From an uncultured Gammaproteobacteria bacterium (GTDB lineage: Bacteria > Patescibacteriota > Microgenomatia > Levybacterales > GWA1-39-11), in the NCBI GenBank assembly GCA_964436385.1, contig CAYTCO010000003.1:5342-69341 (forward strand): a stretch of 64,000 nt of DNA, read 5' to 3'. The position numbers were made by a program, and so were the translations under genes. Below the pieces are notes generated by a model. It was not told where the DNA came from and did no database searches. It worked only from the letters and a program-made list of their open reading frames with translations. Positions 36,760-46,669 of the stretch are shown here, in pieces (position 1 is the first letter of the stretch; the number at the start of each line of letters is the position of its first letter).

Positions 36760-36794
36760 AGAGGTATTGTACTAGCTCTGCTAAAATAAACAAA

Positions 36795-37697
36795 ATGAAA
36801 AAAGCATTTGTCGCAACAGTGTTAAATGAGCAGGATCAAGCAAAACTATTCATAGAATCTCTTCTATCACAATCAGTTAAGCCAGATGAAATAGTTATTG
36901 TAGATGCTGGTTCAAATGATGACACAGTGAGCATCATCAATAACTTATTTGAAAAGCAAAGAAATAAAAAGTATAGAGTCCTTACAAAACGAGGCAACAG
37001 ATCTATCGGTAGAAATTGCGGAATAAAAAATGCAAATTCCGAAGTGATAGCTGTTTCCGATTTTGGTTGTGTACTCGATAAGAATTGGTTTGAGAAAATT
37101 ACTAAGCCATTGCAAAATACTAAAAACGATGTTGTTGCAGGGTATTACAGACCCCTTACGTCAAATGTATTTGAAAAGTCACTGTCTACCTATACGTGTT
37201 TTCCAGAAGACAAAATAACAAAGGACTTTCTGCCATCTTCTAGGTCAATTTCATTTAGGAAGGAGGTTTGGAAAAAAGTTGGTGGATATCCTGAGAGATT
37301 AAATACCTGCGAAGATTTAGTCTTTGCAGTAAATTTAAAAAAAGCAGGTTTTAACTTTGTTGTTGAAAAGAAAGCGATCGTTCTCTGGTCTCAAAAGAAA
37401 AATATCAATGAAGCATTCTGGCAACTATATGGATACGCTTTGGGAGATGGTCAGGCTAGGCATATTAGATCTCAAACTCCATTGCTTTATGCTAGATACT
37501 TATTTGCCTTAGTCTTATTAATCATGGGTTATATAAATTTATTATTTATACTCTTCTTCTTGTATTTATTGTGGGCCATTATTAAAAATTATAAGTATGT
37601 AAGAGAAATTCAGGCATTAATATTCCTACCCTTACTTCAATTGATCGCCGACATTGCAGTTTTGTTGGGTACAACCATTGGTCTACTAAGAAGATAA
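36795..37697 (+). CDS. Family 2 glycosyltransferase with C-terminal TM segments
   Basis: It has a GT2 N-terminus (VATVLNEQD...IVIVDAGSNDDT) and two C-terminal TM helices. Confidence 0.6.
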   Translation: MKKAFVATVLNEQDQAKLFIESLLSQSVKPDEIVIVDAGSNDDTVSIINNLFEKQRNKKYRVLTKRGNRSIGRNCGIKNANSEVIAVSDFGCVLDKNWFEKITKPLQNTKNDVVAGYYRPLTSNVFEKSLSTYTCFPEDKITKDFLPSSRSISFRKEVWKKVGGYPERLNTCEDLVFAVNLKKAGFNFVVEKKAIVLWSQKKNINEAFWQLYGYALGDGQARHIRSQTPLLYARYLFALVLLIMGYINLLFILFFLYLLWAIIKNYKYVREIQALIFLPLLQLIADIAVLLGTTIGLLRR

Positions 37698-39161
37698 TTC
37701 TCCCTTTTTCACAGTCTTCTTTACAAGTTTTAGAATAAGCATGAAAGCATCCGGGGAAATAGCAACCACAAGTAATGTATAGGTTGCTGTCACAATCAAA
37801 AGTTTTAAAACAAAGAATACGAAGCTGCTTGGCATGAATACATTTACGAAGTGGGAGATTAAAAATGTAACTCCAAAGATGATTAAATTTTTAACTGTAA
37901 TTCCAAGAAAGTTAACGTATACTTTTTCTTTATGACAAATAAATATGTATGTCACAAAAAGTAAAAGATTGCTGATAAAAAATCCGATTGAAATGCCTGT
38001 AAAACCGTATTTAAGAAGTAATAAATAAGAAATTATTATTTCAATAATTGTTATTGTTGTTCCGAAGAATAATAGTTGTTTTATTTTCCCAATTGCAAGA
38101 AGAGCTTGACCTAGCAAGCCAACACCATTAAGAAAGAAGATGCTTCCCACATACCAATACAATGCGGGTAGAGCAGGAAGCCATTTGTCGTTAAGAAAAA
38201 AATGTATAAAGTCGCGACCAAAGATTATCGTAATTGGAATAATTAAAGTTGCGGTTACGCTTATCAGCTTAAAAGCTTGTTCAAGCGAAGTTTTAATATT
38301 AGGTTTATTGTCCTGGAGTCTTGAGAATGACGAAAATGAAACACGTCCTAGATTATCAATAAATACTCTTGGTAACGATGAGATATTAAAACTCCAATCT
38401 AATAGACCAGTGTCACTAAAGGGAAGTCTTGTGCCCCCAATGACTGGAATTACAGCACTTCGAAATATAGTCAGAAAGAATCCTAATTGAAAAAACTTTC
38501 CAATATCTAGAAAATCCCTTATGCTCTTCAAATTGAAAGTTAATCTGGGTAACCAAGGTTTAAAAGAAAACGTAACTAGAGTTTCGGCAATAGTCATTGC
38601 TACAACTGCCCAAATAAAACTCCAGATATTAAATCCAAATGAGGCTAGCAGAATTGCAACGAAGTAGTAAGAGACCATTCCAGATAGATCAATTATTGCT
38701 ATATCGCGGTACCTGAGGTTTCGTTCAAGAACCGCACTAATTATTGTTTGAAGTGGTTTTATGAGAAGCGTTAGAGATAGAATTCTAAGCATTAAGATTT
38801 CCGCTTGCCCAAATTGATGATAAACCAAGTGAATAAATTGGGAAGATATATTGAGAACTACAATTGCTAAAAGCGTGAGGATCAATTTAGTGAAGAATAT
38901 TGTCGATAATTGTAGTTGGGTTGGTTCTTTCTTTCTTTGAATTATTGTAAGACTAAGTCCTATATCTGTGAATATCTCAATTGTCGAAAGCAAAAAAGAA
39001 AGAATCGCAAAGACTCCAAAAGACGCGGGTGACAGTAATTTAACCAGAAGTAATTGACCAGAAATTGCAATCACTTTCATTCCCATCTCTCTTGTTATTA
39101 GCTGTATGGTTCCATGGATGGTCTTCTCTTTAATTTCTTTTATTTTCCGCTTAGATTTCAT
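37686..39161 (-). CDS. MOP/Wzx-like oligosaccharide flippase
   Basis: It has about 12-14 TM helices and the polysaccharide biosynthesis protein architecture. It lies in the glycan locus. Confidence 0.5.
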   Translation of the reverse strand: MKSKRKIKEIKEKTIHGTIQLITREMGMKVIAISGQLLLVKLLSPASFGVFAILSFLLSTIEIFTDIGLSLTIIQRKKEPTQLQLSTIFFTKLILTLLAIVVLNISSQFIHLVYHQFGQAEILMLRILSLTLLIKPLQTIISAVLERNLRYRDIAIIDLSGMVSYYFVAILLASFGFNIWSFIWAVVAMTIAETLVTFSFKPWLPRLTFNLKSIRDFLDIGKFFQLGFFLTIFRSAVIPVIGGTRLPFSDTGLLDWSFNISSLPRVFIDNLGRVSFSSFSRLQDNKPNIKTSLEQAFKLISVTATLIIPITIIFGRDFIHFFLNDKWLPALPALYWYVGSIFFLNGVGLLGQALLAIGKIKQLLFFGTTITIIEIIISYLLLLKYGFTGISIGFFISNLLLFVTYIFICHKEKVYVNFLGITVKNLIIFGVTFLISHFVNVFMPSSFVFFVLKLLIVTATYTLLVVAISPDAFMLILKLVKKTVKKGELSS

Positions 39162-39184
39162 GCATTGGAAGGCAAGTGAGGGCT

Positions 39185-39832
39185 CTATTTTTTAAAAGGT
39201 ACTGAATTGTTTTTACTGTCGTTTTTAGTTTCTTTGGACTTTATTTGTGCCATGCAAGCTGTAAGAATGTGGCCTACCATTAAATGAATATCTTCAATTG
39301 GGCCATAATGATTTGATTGAATTATCAAATCGATGTCTACTAATTTTGACAATTTGCCTCCAGTTTTAAATCCAGTTAACCCAACGGTTACGGCACCAAC
39401 TTTACGAGCATATTTTACTGCTTTTAAAACATTGGAACTGTTTCCGCTTCCGGATATTAAGATCACAACATCGTTTTCTTCAAGTAAGTTCTGAAGTTGT
39501 TGAATGAATATTGAGTCATAGCCAACATCGTTTGCGTAAGCAGAAATAAGAGCAGTGTTGTCAGTTAGTGAAATAACTCTTATTCGTTTTTCTTTCTGAT
39601 TGTACATCCTGCTTAGGGTACCTTTACCGAGGTCACACGCAATATGAGATGCTATGCTTGCGCTTCCACCATTGCCAAGAATATATATTCGTTTGTTCTC
39701 CCTGTAGGCTTTATTTATAGCTTCAACTATTAAAGCAATTTTTCCTTTATCAAGTTGTTTTATCGCAAGCTTTACTTCCTTAATGTAGGAATCTACAAAA
39801 CTTCGGGTAATTTCATGAGTTGTATTTTTCAT
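39185..39832 (-). CDS. gmhA: Sedoheptulose-7-phosphate isomerase (SIS domain)
   Basis: ILGNGGSASIASHIACDL is the SIS/GmhA motif. The protein is 215 aa. Confidence 0.7.
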   Translation of the reverse strand: MKNTTHEITRSFVDSYIKEVKLAIKQLDKGKIALIVEAINKAYRENKRIYILGNGGSASIASHIACDLGKGTLSRMYNQKEKRIRVISLTDNTALISAYANDVGYDSIFIQQLQNLLEENDVVILISGSGNSSNVLKAVKYARKVGAVTVGLTGFKTGGKLSKLVDIDLIIQSNHYGPIEDIHLMVGHILTACMAQIKSKETKNDSKNNSVPFKK

Positions 39833-39834
39833 AT

Positions 39835-40818
39835 TTAGTCACTTACGAAAATAATTTTACTTCCTTGATTTTCGAAAGAAAATTCTATTGGTGTTAGCTT
39901 TGGCAAAGATTTTATAATACTAGCATGTTTTTTTTGATCAGCATAGAAAAGTAGGAAGCCACCACCGCCAGCGCCTAGCAATTTTCCACCTTCAGCACCA
40001 TTTTTGATAGCAGTATCGTACCACCTATTAATTTGATTGGAGCTTATGCTTTTGGCGAGTGACTTTTTTAGTTTCCAATTTTCATCCAGAAGTTTTCCAA
40101 AATTCTTTAGCTTGTTGTTCTGAAGAGCAAGTGTCATTTCTTGCGCAAGTTTAACCATCTTATCCATGCTTGCTCTTTTTTCAGTTGAGCTTTTAATATT
40201 AGAGATTTGCTCAGTAAGTATTGTATTTGAGGAGCGGGTTTTGCCTGTATATAGTAGGAGTAAATTTTTTTGCAATTTATTTTTGGTGAGATTGCTGCAA
40301 ATGATAGGAATATTTCCAACTTTTCCACTGGGGTAAAAAACGAAATTTTGCATTCCGCCAAAAGCAGCTATATATTGATCCTGTTTTCCAATTCTTTTTT
40401 TTAATGTTTCAATTTCTATCCTACATGCCTCTTGGGCTAACCGCTCTGCTGAGACATGCTTTCCAACATACGCATAGAACGCATTTAATAAGCCAACTAT
40501 ATAGCTGCTTGATGATCCAAGTCCTGTTCCCTCAGATGGGATGTCTGAAATTGAAGTTATTTCTATGCCACCTTTTATACCAACGGTTTTCAGACACTCC
40601 TTTATGTACTCATGTTTAAGCTTGGATACGGTTGAAACAATTTCTGTTTGTGAGTAGCTTGCTCGTATTTTGTTGTCAAATTTTTTATTAACAGCAATAT
40701 ATATATACTTATCTATTGCAGTCGAAAGAACGGCACCAGGAGAGTTTTTGTAATAGTCGTATATATCACTACCACCTCCGACAAAACTAATCCTTAAAGG
40801 TGTTCGTGAGATTATCAT
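39835..40818 (-). CDS. hddA: D-glycero-alpha-D-manno-heptose 7-phosphate kinase (GHMP kinase)
   Basis: The GHMP N-terminus PLRISFVGGGSDI and GTGLGSSSS are present. It is adjacent to gmhA and hddC. Confidence 0.65.
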   Translation of the reverse strand: MIISRTPLRISFVGGGSDIYDYYKNSPGAVLSTAIDKYIYIAVNKKFDNKIRASYSQTEIVSTVSKLKHEYIKECLKTVGIKGGIEITSISDIPSEGTGLGSSSSYIVGLLNAFYAYVGKHVSAERLAQEACRIEIETLKKRIGKQDQYIAAFGGMQNFVFYPSGKVGNIPIICSNLTKNKLQKNLLLLYTGKTRSSNTILTEQISNIKSSTEKRASMDKMVKLAQEMTLALQNNKLKNFGKLLDENWKLKKSLAKSISSNQINRWYDTAIKNGAEGGKLLGAGGGGFLLFYADQKKHASIIKSLPKLTPIEFSFENQGSKIIFVSD

Positions 40819-41516
40819 TTTTCAAATAGTTCTTTAGCTTTTCTAAGTCTTTCTGGAGTGCCTATATCCATAATAAATTCTTTCGTATTATAACAGAAAA
40901 TATTTTTCTTACTCCTTAAGACAAATGGCAAAAGATCATGCGCAAAATCAAATGGTGTTGGCAATACAAGATACTTTTTAATGCTAGGACTTATAAGATA
41001 TAGAGCTGCTAAATTGTGAGGATCTTTTGGAATATTCGTATGAGGCTTTCTAAGTATTTGTGTAAGTTTAAAATTTTTGTCAAATAAAACAAGGTCACTG
41101 TCTTCTGGATGTTTTGAAAGATGAATTGCTGCAGTAACCATAGAATTATTTTTCAAATGATATTTATGCATTTTTTTAAAATTCACATTTGTTATTACAT
41201 CACCATAAAGTAGTAGTGTATCTTCAGTAATAAATTTTTGTATTGGCACTAAGGCTCCGCCTGTGCCGATTAGCTTTTCCTCAAGCGAATATGAAATTTT
41301 CATTCCAATTTTTTTACCATCACCGAAGTGTTTGATTATTACATCTGCAAGATAATGCACAGTTATGCAAACTTCGGTTATGCCGTTTTTCTTAAGATTT
41401 TCAAGAAGCACCTGAAGAAGTGGTTTTTCATTGATTAACACCATTGGTTTGGGTATTACTTTTGAAACTTCAGGAAGTCTTGTACCTTTTCCTCCACAAT
41501 TTATTATCGCTCTCAT
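40815..41516 (-). CDS. hddC: D-glycero-alpha-D-manno-heptose 1-phosphate guanylyltransferase-like nucleotidyltransferase
   Basis: It has MRAIINCGGKGTRL. The protein is 233 aa and overlaps its neighbours by 4 bp. Confidence 0.6.
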   Translation of the reverse strand: MRAIINCGGKGTRLPEVSKVIPKPMVLINEKPLLQVLLENLKKNGITEVCITVHYLADVIIKHFGDGKKIGMKISYSLEEKLIGTGGALVPIQKFITEDTLLLYGDVITNVNFKKMHKYHLKNNSMVTAAIHLSKHPEDSDLVLFDKNFKLTQILRKPHTNIPKDPHNLAALYLISPSIKKYLVLPTPFDFAHDLLPFVLRSKKNIFCYNTKEFIMDIGTPERLRKAKELFEK

Positions 41517-42100
41517 ATTAATTCAATTAAATCATTTACCCCATTAATAAACTTTTCCTCGATAAAATCTGGCGACAATTTATTTTTGTCTACGTAATTT
41601 TTCTTAGAAAACAAGACAGTTCTTGCATTTATTTTTCTGCCAAATTCAACATCTCTAAAAGAATCTCCCATAACGCCTAAAATTTTCGTAATTGCGTAAT
41701 CCTTTTGAGATTCAAGAAACATAGAAATCCCTGGTTTTCGACAAGAGCACAAAATGGAATATTTTTTATTGGAACCTTCTGGGTGATGAGGGCATGAATA
41801 AATACCATCAATATAGGCTTTCTTTTGAGCAAGTTTTTCGACAAGAAAAGAATTTGTTTTTTTTATGTTTTGGATGGACGCGTAGCTATGCGCTACTATA
41901 GGTTGATTAGTAACAATAACAACTGCTATTTTTAGTCTATTAAGCTTTGCAATGCCACGCGCTACTGTCGGAAGTATTTGTAGTTGATCGGATGTGTGAG
42001 GGTATCCAACGTCCTTATTTATCGTTCCATCACGGTCTAAGTACACAATGGCTTGATAGTTCTTAAGATTTCTAAATATCTGTTTTACTCCCTCAAACAT
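41513..42100 (-). CDS. gmhB: D,D-heptose 1,7-bisphosphate phosphatase (HAD family)
   Basis: It has the HAD motif I YLDRDGTIN and Zn-binding Cys (CPHHPEG...CSCRKP) typical of GmhB. Confidence 0.7.
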   Translation of the reverse strand: MFEGVKQIFRNLKNYQAIVYLDRDGTINKDVGYPHTSDQLQILPTVARGIAKLNRLKIAVVIVTNQPIVAHSYASIQNIKKTNSFLVEKLAQKKAYIDGIYSCPHHPEGSNKKYSILCSCRKPGISMFLESQKDYAITKILGVMGDSFRDVEFGRKINARTVLFSKKNYVDKNKLSPDFIEEKFINGVNDLIELI

Positions 42101-42105
42101 GATTT

Positions 42106-42819
42106 CTATTTTTTAACAATTATTTCTACTGAACCTACAGCTACGTCTGTGGAATATTTTCTTGCAAATTCCTCTACCCATTTTACATTTAATGCAAAGC
42201 TGGGTTTTTTATTGAAGCCAATGACTCCCAGATTAAGTGCTAGATGTTCATCTCTAAATGAGTAATTAAATATTAAAAAGTGATCAAATCCAGCTTTTGT
42301 TACCATTTCAGACAAGGAGTCCTCATCGAATAATGATTTGTGAAGTTGTTCTTGCCACCAGCCGTCTGCTTGCTCAGGATTGCCGTGAGTGTATCTGTAT
42401 GCCTCATTTACATCAAACTTTTTATAAAGTATTCCAGGTGTTCTCTTTAGATATGAATCGGCAACTATTCTAAAGTCAGGCATTCCTAGGTAAATGAGTA
42501 TTCCGTTCGGTTTAAGAGTTCTTTTAGCATCGGTAAGATGTGGAATTCTCTGATCTTTATACAAATGTTCAAAAAATGCATTGCTAAAAACCGTTTGAAA
42601 ACTCTTGTTTGGAAAAATCGTAAGTTTTGTTGAGTTTTGAGCAATATCGGTTGCTTTTGTTGCTCTTACATCCAGGTTAATAAAATTAGTAAGTCTTATG
42701 TCACCACATCCAACATGTAGTCCTGAGTTGCTTTTGATAAGAGATTCTAGCCTAAAATTCTTATTTATTAAGCAACGTACGTTTGAAAATACTTCCTCAA
42801 GCAGTCTTCTGGTTCTCAT
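42106..42819 (-). CDS. Class I SAM-dependent methyltransferase
   Basis: It has the motif I LHVGCGD. The protein is 237 aa. Confidence 0.5.
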   Translation of the reverse strand: MRTRRLLEEVFSNVRCLINKNFRLESLIKSNSGLHVGCGDIRLTNFINLDVRATKATDIAQNSTKLTIFPNKSFQTVFSNAFFEHLYKDQRIPHLTDAKRTLKPNGILIYLGMPDFRIVADSYLKRTPGILYKKFDVNEAYRYTHGNPEQADGWWQEQLHKSLFDEDSLSEMVTKAGFDHFLIFNYSFRDEHLALNLGVIGFNKKPSFALNVKWVEEFARKYSTDVAVGSVEIIVKK

Positions 42820-43727
42820 ATTTTTCGGGCGTAAATTTCTACCATTGATCCTTTATTAAATATATTCAATAAAGGGTGAAGATATTGGCAAAGAGTATCC
42901 TCAAAAAACTTATTCTTGATAGACTTTTCGGTTTTCTTGTTTTGATTTTGATTTTTTGTATTTATTTTGTGGGTTACTTTCCTTAACTCTGATTTTGGCT
43001 CTCTTAACGCTCTATATATGCCTCCAAAATCCATAGGGTAGCCGTATGTTGTAGTTCTAATTACTTTAAAGCCTGCTTTTTCTAATAAAACTTCAAGCGT
43101 TTTTGGCGAAAAATAAAGAATGTGTTCTGGGGGTATTAAGTAGTTGAATCTCTCTTTTAAAACTATCGAAAGCCAGCTCTCAATGTTGGGAGTAGAAACA
43201 CAGAGAATCCCGTCCTTCTTAAGAAGTTTATTAATTTTTTCAAGAACCAAATATGGATCAACAAGATGTTCTATGACTTGTTGTAGAGAAATAACGTCAT
43301 AAGTCTCCGAAGTCTTATGCTTTAGAATGTCCTTTTGTTCAGCAGGTAGTTTTAGTTTTTTTGAAGCATAAACTATTGGGCTTTTTGCTGTATCAATTCC
43401 TTTAACATTCCACTTTTGCTTTCTTGCTTCGTCAATAAAAAAGCCCGCACCACAACCAACGTCTAAGATACTACCTTTTTTAATGCCCATTGCGTTCAGA
43501 TTTGAAAGACTTCGCCTAGCATCTATTCGAAGCAGTTTTTCAAAAACAAATCCATCTGAAAATTTAAACTTCTTGTAAAAGATGTCGAGCTCTTTTTTCC
43601 CAGGGAGTGGAGCAATAAAAACAAATGAACAATTCAAGCACTTAACAATTGAGTAATTGTTAATTGCATACAATTTCTTAAACCGTTTCTTGCTGCATAT
43701 TATGCAATTTGGAATTTTTACTGTCAT
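42816..43727 (-). CDS. Class I SAM-dependent methyltransferase with N-terminal Zn-ribbon
   Basis: It has CIICSKK...CLNC followed by ILDVGCGAGFF. Confidence 0.6.
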   Translation of the reverse strand: MTVKIPNCIICSKKRFKKLYAINNYSIVKCLNCSFVFIAPLPGKKELDIFYKKFKFSDGFVFEKLLRIDARRSLSNLNAMGIKKGSILDVGCGAGFFIDEARKQKWNVKGIDTAKSPIVYASKKLKLPAEQKDILKHKTSETYDVISLQQVIEHLVDPYLVLEKINKLLKKDGILCVSTPNIESWLSIVLKERFNYLIPPEHILYFSPKTLEVLLEKAGFKVIRTTTYGYPMDFGGIYRALREPKSELRKVTHKINTKNQNQNKKTEKSIKNKFFEDTLCQYLHPLLNIFNKGSMVEIYARKI

Positions 43728-44587
43728 TTGTATAATTTTCTAAGCTGCCTGTATTTTACTCTTAGGAAGTGTTTGATGTTAAGAAGCTTAATGTATTGAT
43801 TCTTAAACTTTTGCTTGTCAGACTCATTCACAAACATGTGTCTGTATTTGCTTAAGTTTTCTTGTAGGTAGACAGGCAGAGATTTAATATCTGCGAAATC
43901 AAATTTGTCTCCGTGATTTAAGAAATCCCTTTTTTGAATAATTGCAATCATAATTTTTTCTTTCGTATTGTATTTGTCGTTATTAAATTCTTGATGAGAT
44001 CCTGTTGCCATTTTTTCTCTAATTTTCTTAATCCCACCCATATACGAAAAATGCCAGCCGCCGTTTTTTATATTTACAGAATTTGGGCTATGTCTTATCA
44101 CATAAGCATCTTGGTATGTCAAAAAATCTTTGTAAGTTAGCATTTTAGGACCATACCAGATGCGATTTGTACTTGCAAAATTTAGAAAATAATAAAAGAA
44201 AGTTTGCTCGAAAACCTTTAGTTTTCCTGGTCTGTTTTTATATTTAAGTATTTGCTCTGGATTTGGTATTTCGTCCAAATTTGAGATAAGAATGGTGTCG
44301 TTTCCTTGGGCCTTGGAAAGGCCTCTTGTGGCGGCAGCCATTAGAAAATGCTCGATTATCCAAGGGTGTGAAACGTTTGGACTGTCGCGGACAACAACAT
44401 GAATAATCTTATCTCTGAATTTTATATACCTTTTTGCGTTAATCTTGTAGTAGAGTGGTTTCTTAAGATTTGTATAAGTTCTGTCGCTTTCAATTAATAC
44501 GAATTTATCTACCACTTTATCCAAAACGTTGAGACGTATTTCTAACAAGTCCAACTCATTATAAAAAGTAAAACAATCGTAAACCAT
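43724..44587 (-). CDS. GT17-like (bisecting GlcNAc transferase family) glycosyltransferase
   Basis: The N-terminus MVYDCFTFYNELDLLEIRLNVLDKVVDKFVLIESDRTY matches the Glyco_transf_17 signature (F.F.NELDLLEIRL...VD.FV.IES). Confidence 0.5.
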   Translation of the reverse strand: MVYDCFTFYNELDLLEIRLNVLDKVVDKFVLIESDRTYTNLKKPLYYKINAKRYIKFRDKIIHVVVRDSPNVSHPWIIEHFLMAAATRGLSKAQGNDTILISNLDEIPNPEQILKYKNRPGKLKVFEQTFFYYFLNFASTNRIWYGPKMLTYKDFLTYQDAYVIRHSPNSVNIKNGGWHFSYMGGIKKIREKMATGSHQEFNNDKYNTKEKIMIAIIQKRDFLNHGDKFDFADIKSLPVYLQENLSKYRHMFVNESDKQKFKNQYIKLLNIKHFLRVKYRQLRKLYK

Positions 44588-44605
44588 ATTTTTTTTTACA
44601 GCTAT

Positions 44606-45559
44606 TTAAGAGATCAAATCCAATACAGTTTTTTCAACAGCTGCCCTAGATGAATACTTGGCTTTCCAGCCTGTCGATTTTAAATTTGATGTGTTTAGTC
44701 TTATAACTGGAACATCACCAGGCCAGCCAAATTTACTTTTGGCTCTTTCAATTCTAACTTTCTTAAGTCCCATTAGCTTTATAACTGAATTTGCAATCGA
44801 GTTAACTGAAATAAATGAATCTGACGAAACGTTATAAATTTCAATTCCTTTTTTGTTAGTTTTAGTAACAAGCATGATGGCTTTTAAAAGATCTGTTACG
44901 TAAACGTAAGATTTGCTTTGTAGTCCATCTCCAAGTATCTGTAAATTCGACGGATCTGTTTTTAATTTGTTTATAAAATCAAAAATAACTCCATGAGTTG
45001 CTCTAGGACCGATTATATTTGCAGGTCTAAGTATCCATGATCGAAAGTTAAAAAGATTAGAATACGCACAAATTAAGCCTTCTGCTGACAATTTAGTTGC
45101 ACCATACATTGATTGAGGAAGCAATGGGCCATAGTTTTCAGATATTAACTTTTGGCCTACATCGCCATAAACACCGCTCCCGGAGAGAAAAACTATGTTT
45201 TTTACACCCCTATCTTTCATTACTTCTAAAAGGTTAAAAGTTGAAATAGTTGTATTGTCTATGTCAATTTGAGGATTAGAAAAGCCCTTTGATACATCAG
45301 CATTTGCAGCTAGGTGAAAAACTACATCTGTTTCCTTTGGCAAAGATTTAGAAAGCAGTTTTTTATTCAACAAATCACCTTTTATAAATTTAAAATTCTT
45401 GCTTTTTATACATCCAGATAGAAAATGCTTTTTCCCTGTAGATAAGTTGTCAAAGACTGTAACCTTTCTTTTTTCCTGCACTAGGACATCCGCTAAATGG
45501 CTCCCTATAAAACCAGCCCCTCCAGTTATAAATATAGTCTTGAAGTTTTTATTTAGCAT
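44606..45559 (-). CDS. NAD-dependent nucleotide-sugar epimerase/dehydratase/reductase (SDR)
   Basis: It has IFITGGAGFIGSHL and a YxxxK-type core. Confidence 0.7.
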   Translation of the reverse strand: MLNKNFKTIFITGGAGFIGSHLADVLVQEKRKVTVFDNLSTGKKHFLSGCIKSKNFKFIKGDLLNKKLLSKSLPKETDVVFHLAANADVSKGFSNPQIDIDNTTISTFNLLEVMKDRGVKNIVFLSGSGVYGDVGQKLISENYGPLLPQSMYGATKLSAEGLICAYSNLFNFRSWILRPANIIGPRATHGVIFDFINKLKTDPSNLQILGDGLQSKSYVYVTDLLKAIMLVTKTNKKGIEIYNVSSDSFISVNSIANSVIKLMGLKKVRIERAKSKFGWPGDVPVIRLNTSNLKSTGWKAKYSSRAAVEKTVLDLIS

Positions 45560-45624
45560 TTAGATTAGGGGCAGAAATTTGTCGATTAATTATAGCATGA
45601 GAAATTTCATACAAATTAAAGTAT

Positions 45625-46668
45625 GTGATATTATATCCTGACCTTATGAGAACCTTAATTACCGGTGGAGCTGGCTTCATTGGAAGCCACGTAGCGAATT
45701 ATTTAGTAGAAAATACAAAGCACAAGGTGTATGTGGTTGACGACCTTTCTGGTGGTTTTTTGCATAATCTTCCTAATGGGGTTGTTTTTCAAAAACTTGA
45801 TCTTCGCGACAGAAACCAAACCGAAAAATTTATAAATAAAGTAAAACCTCATATTATTTATCATCTCGCGGCAGATGCAACTGAGGGTAGAAGTCAATTT
45901 ACTCCTATTTCAGCAACTGAAAGAAACCAGCTTGCGTATATGTATCTTCTTATTCCAGCTATAAAGAATGGACTAAAAAAAATGATTTTAACGAGTTCAA
46001 TGAGTGTATATGGAAGTCAAAAGGCTCCATTCTCAGAGGATATGAAAAGGCTACCTGATGACATATATGGTATCTCAAAAGCAGCAATGGAGCAGACTAC
46101 CGAGGTATTATCAAAAGTTTATGGATTTGATTATGTAATAATAAGGCCGCACAACGTATACGGTCCAAAACAAAATCTCACAGACCCTTATAGAAATGTA
46201 ATTGGTATTTTTATTAACTGCCTGTTAAATAACAAGAATTACTACATCTATGGAAATGGGAAACAAAAAAGAGCATTCACTTATATAGATGATTGTGCAC
46301 CCTATATTGCAAGAAGTGCATTTGAAAAAAAATGCATTAACCAGATTATTAATCTCGGTCCTTCTCAGGCGTATACAATCAACGAAGTTTCAAAACTTGT
46401 TCTTAAAAATTTCTTTGAGAAAGAGATTCCTGCCAAATTAAAACCGAAATACTTAGATTTAAGACCTCAAGAAGTAGTGGAGGCATTTTGTACAATTGAT
46501 AAGGCAAAAAAGCTATTGGGATATGAAACGAGTTATAGTCTTTCGCAAGGGGTAGAAGAAATGGTTAAGTGGGCAAAAGAACTAGGACCTCAGAAATTCA
46601 AATATTTAGACAACCTAGAACTTGAGAGTAATAAGCTGCCCATAACATGGAAGAGGAAGCTTATTTAG
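45625..46668 (+). CDS. NAD-dependent nucleotide-sugar 4,6-dehydratase/epimerase (SDR)
   Basis: It has LITGGAGFIGSHV. The protein is 347 aa. Confidence 0.7.
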   Translation: MILYPDLMRTLITGGAGFIGSHVANYLVENTKHKVYVVDDLSGGFLHNLPNGVVFQKLDLRDRNQTEKFINKVKPHIIYHLAADATEGRSQFTPISATERNQLAYMYLLIPAIKNGLKKMILTSSMSVYGSQKAPFSEDMKRLPDDIYGISKAAMEQTTEVLSKVYGFDYVIIRPHNVYGPKQNLTDPYRNVIGIFINCLLNNKNYYIYGNGKQKRAFTYIDDCAPYIARSAFEKKCINQIINLGPSQAYTINEVSKLVLKNFFEKEIPAKLKPKYLDLRPQEVVEAFCTIDKAKKLLGYETSYSLSQGVEEMVKWAKELGPQKFKYLDNLELESNKLPITWKRKLI

Positions 46669-46669
46669 T

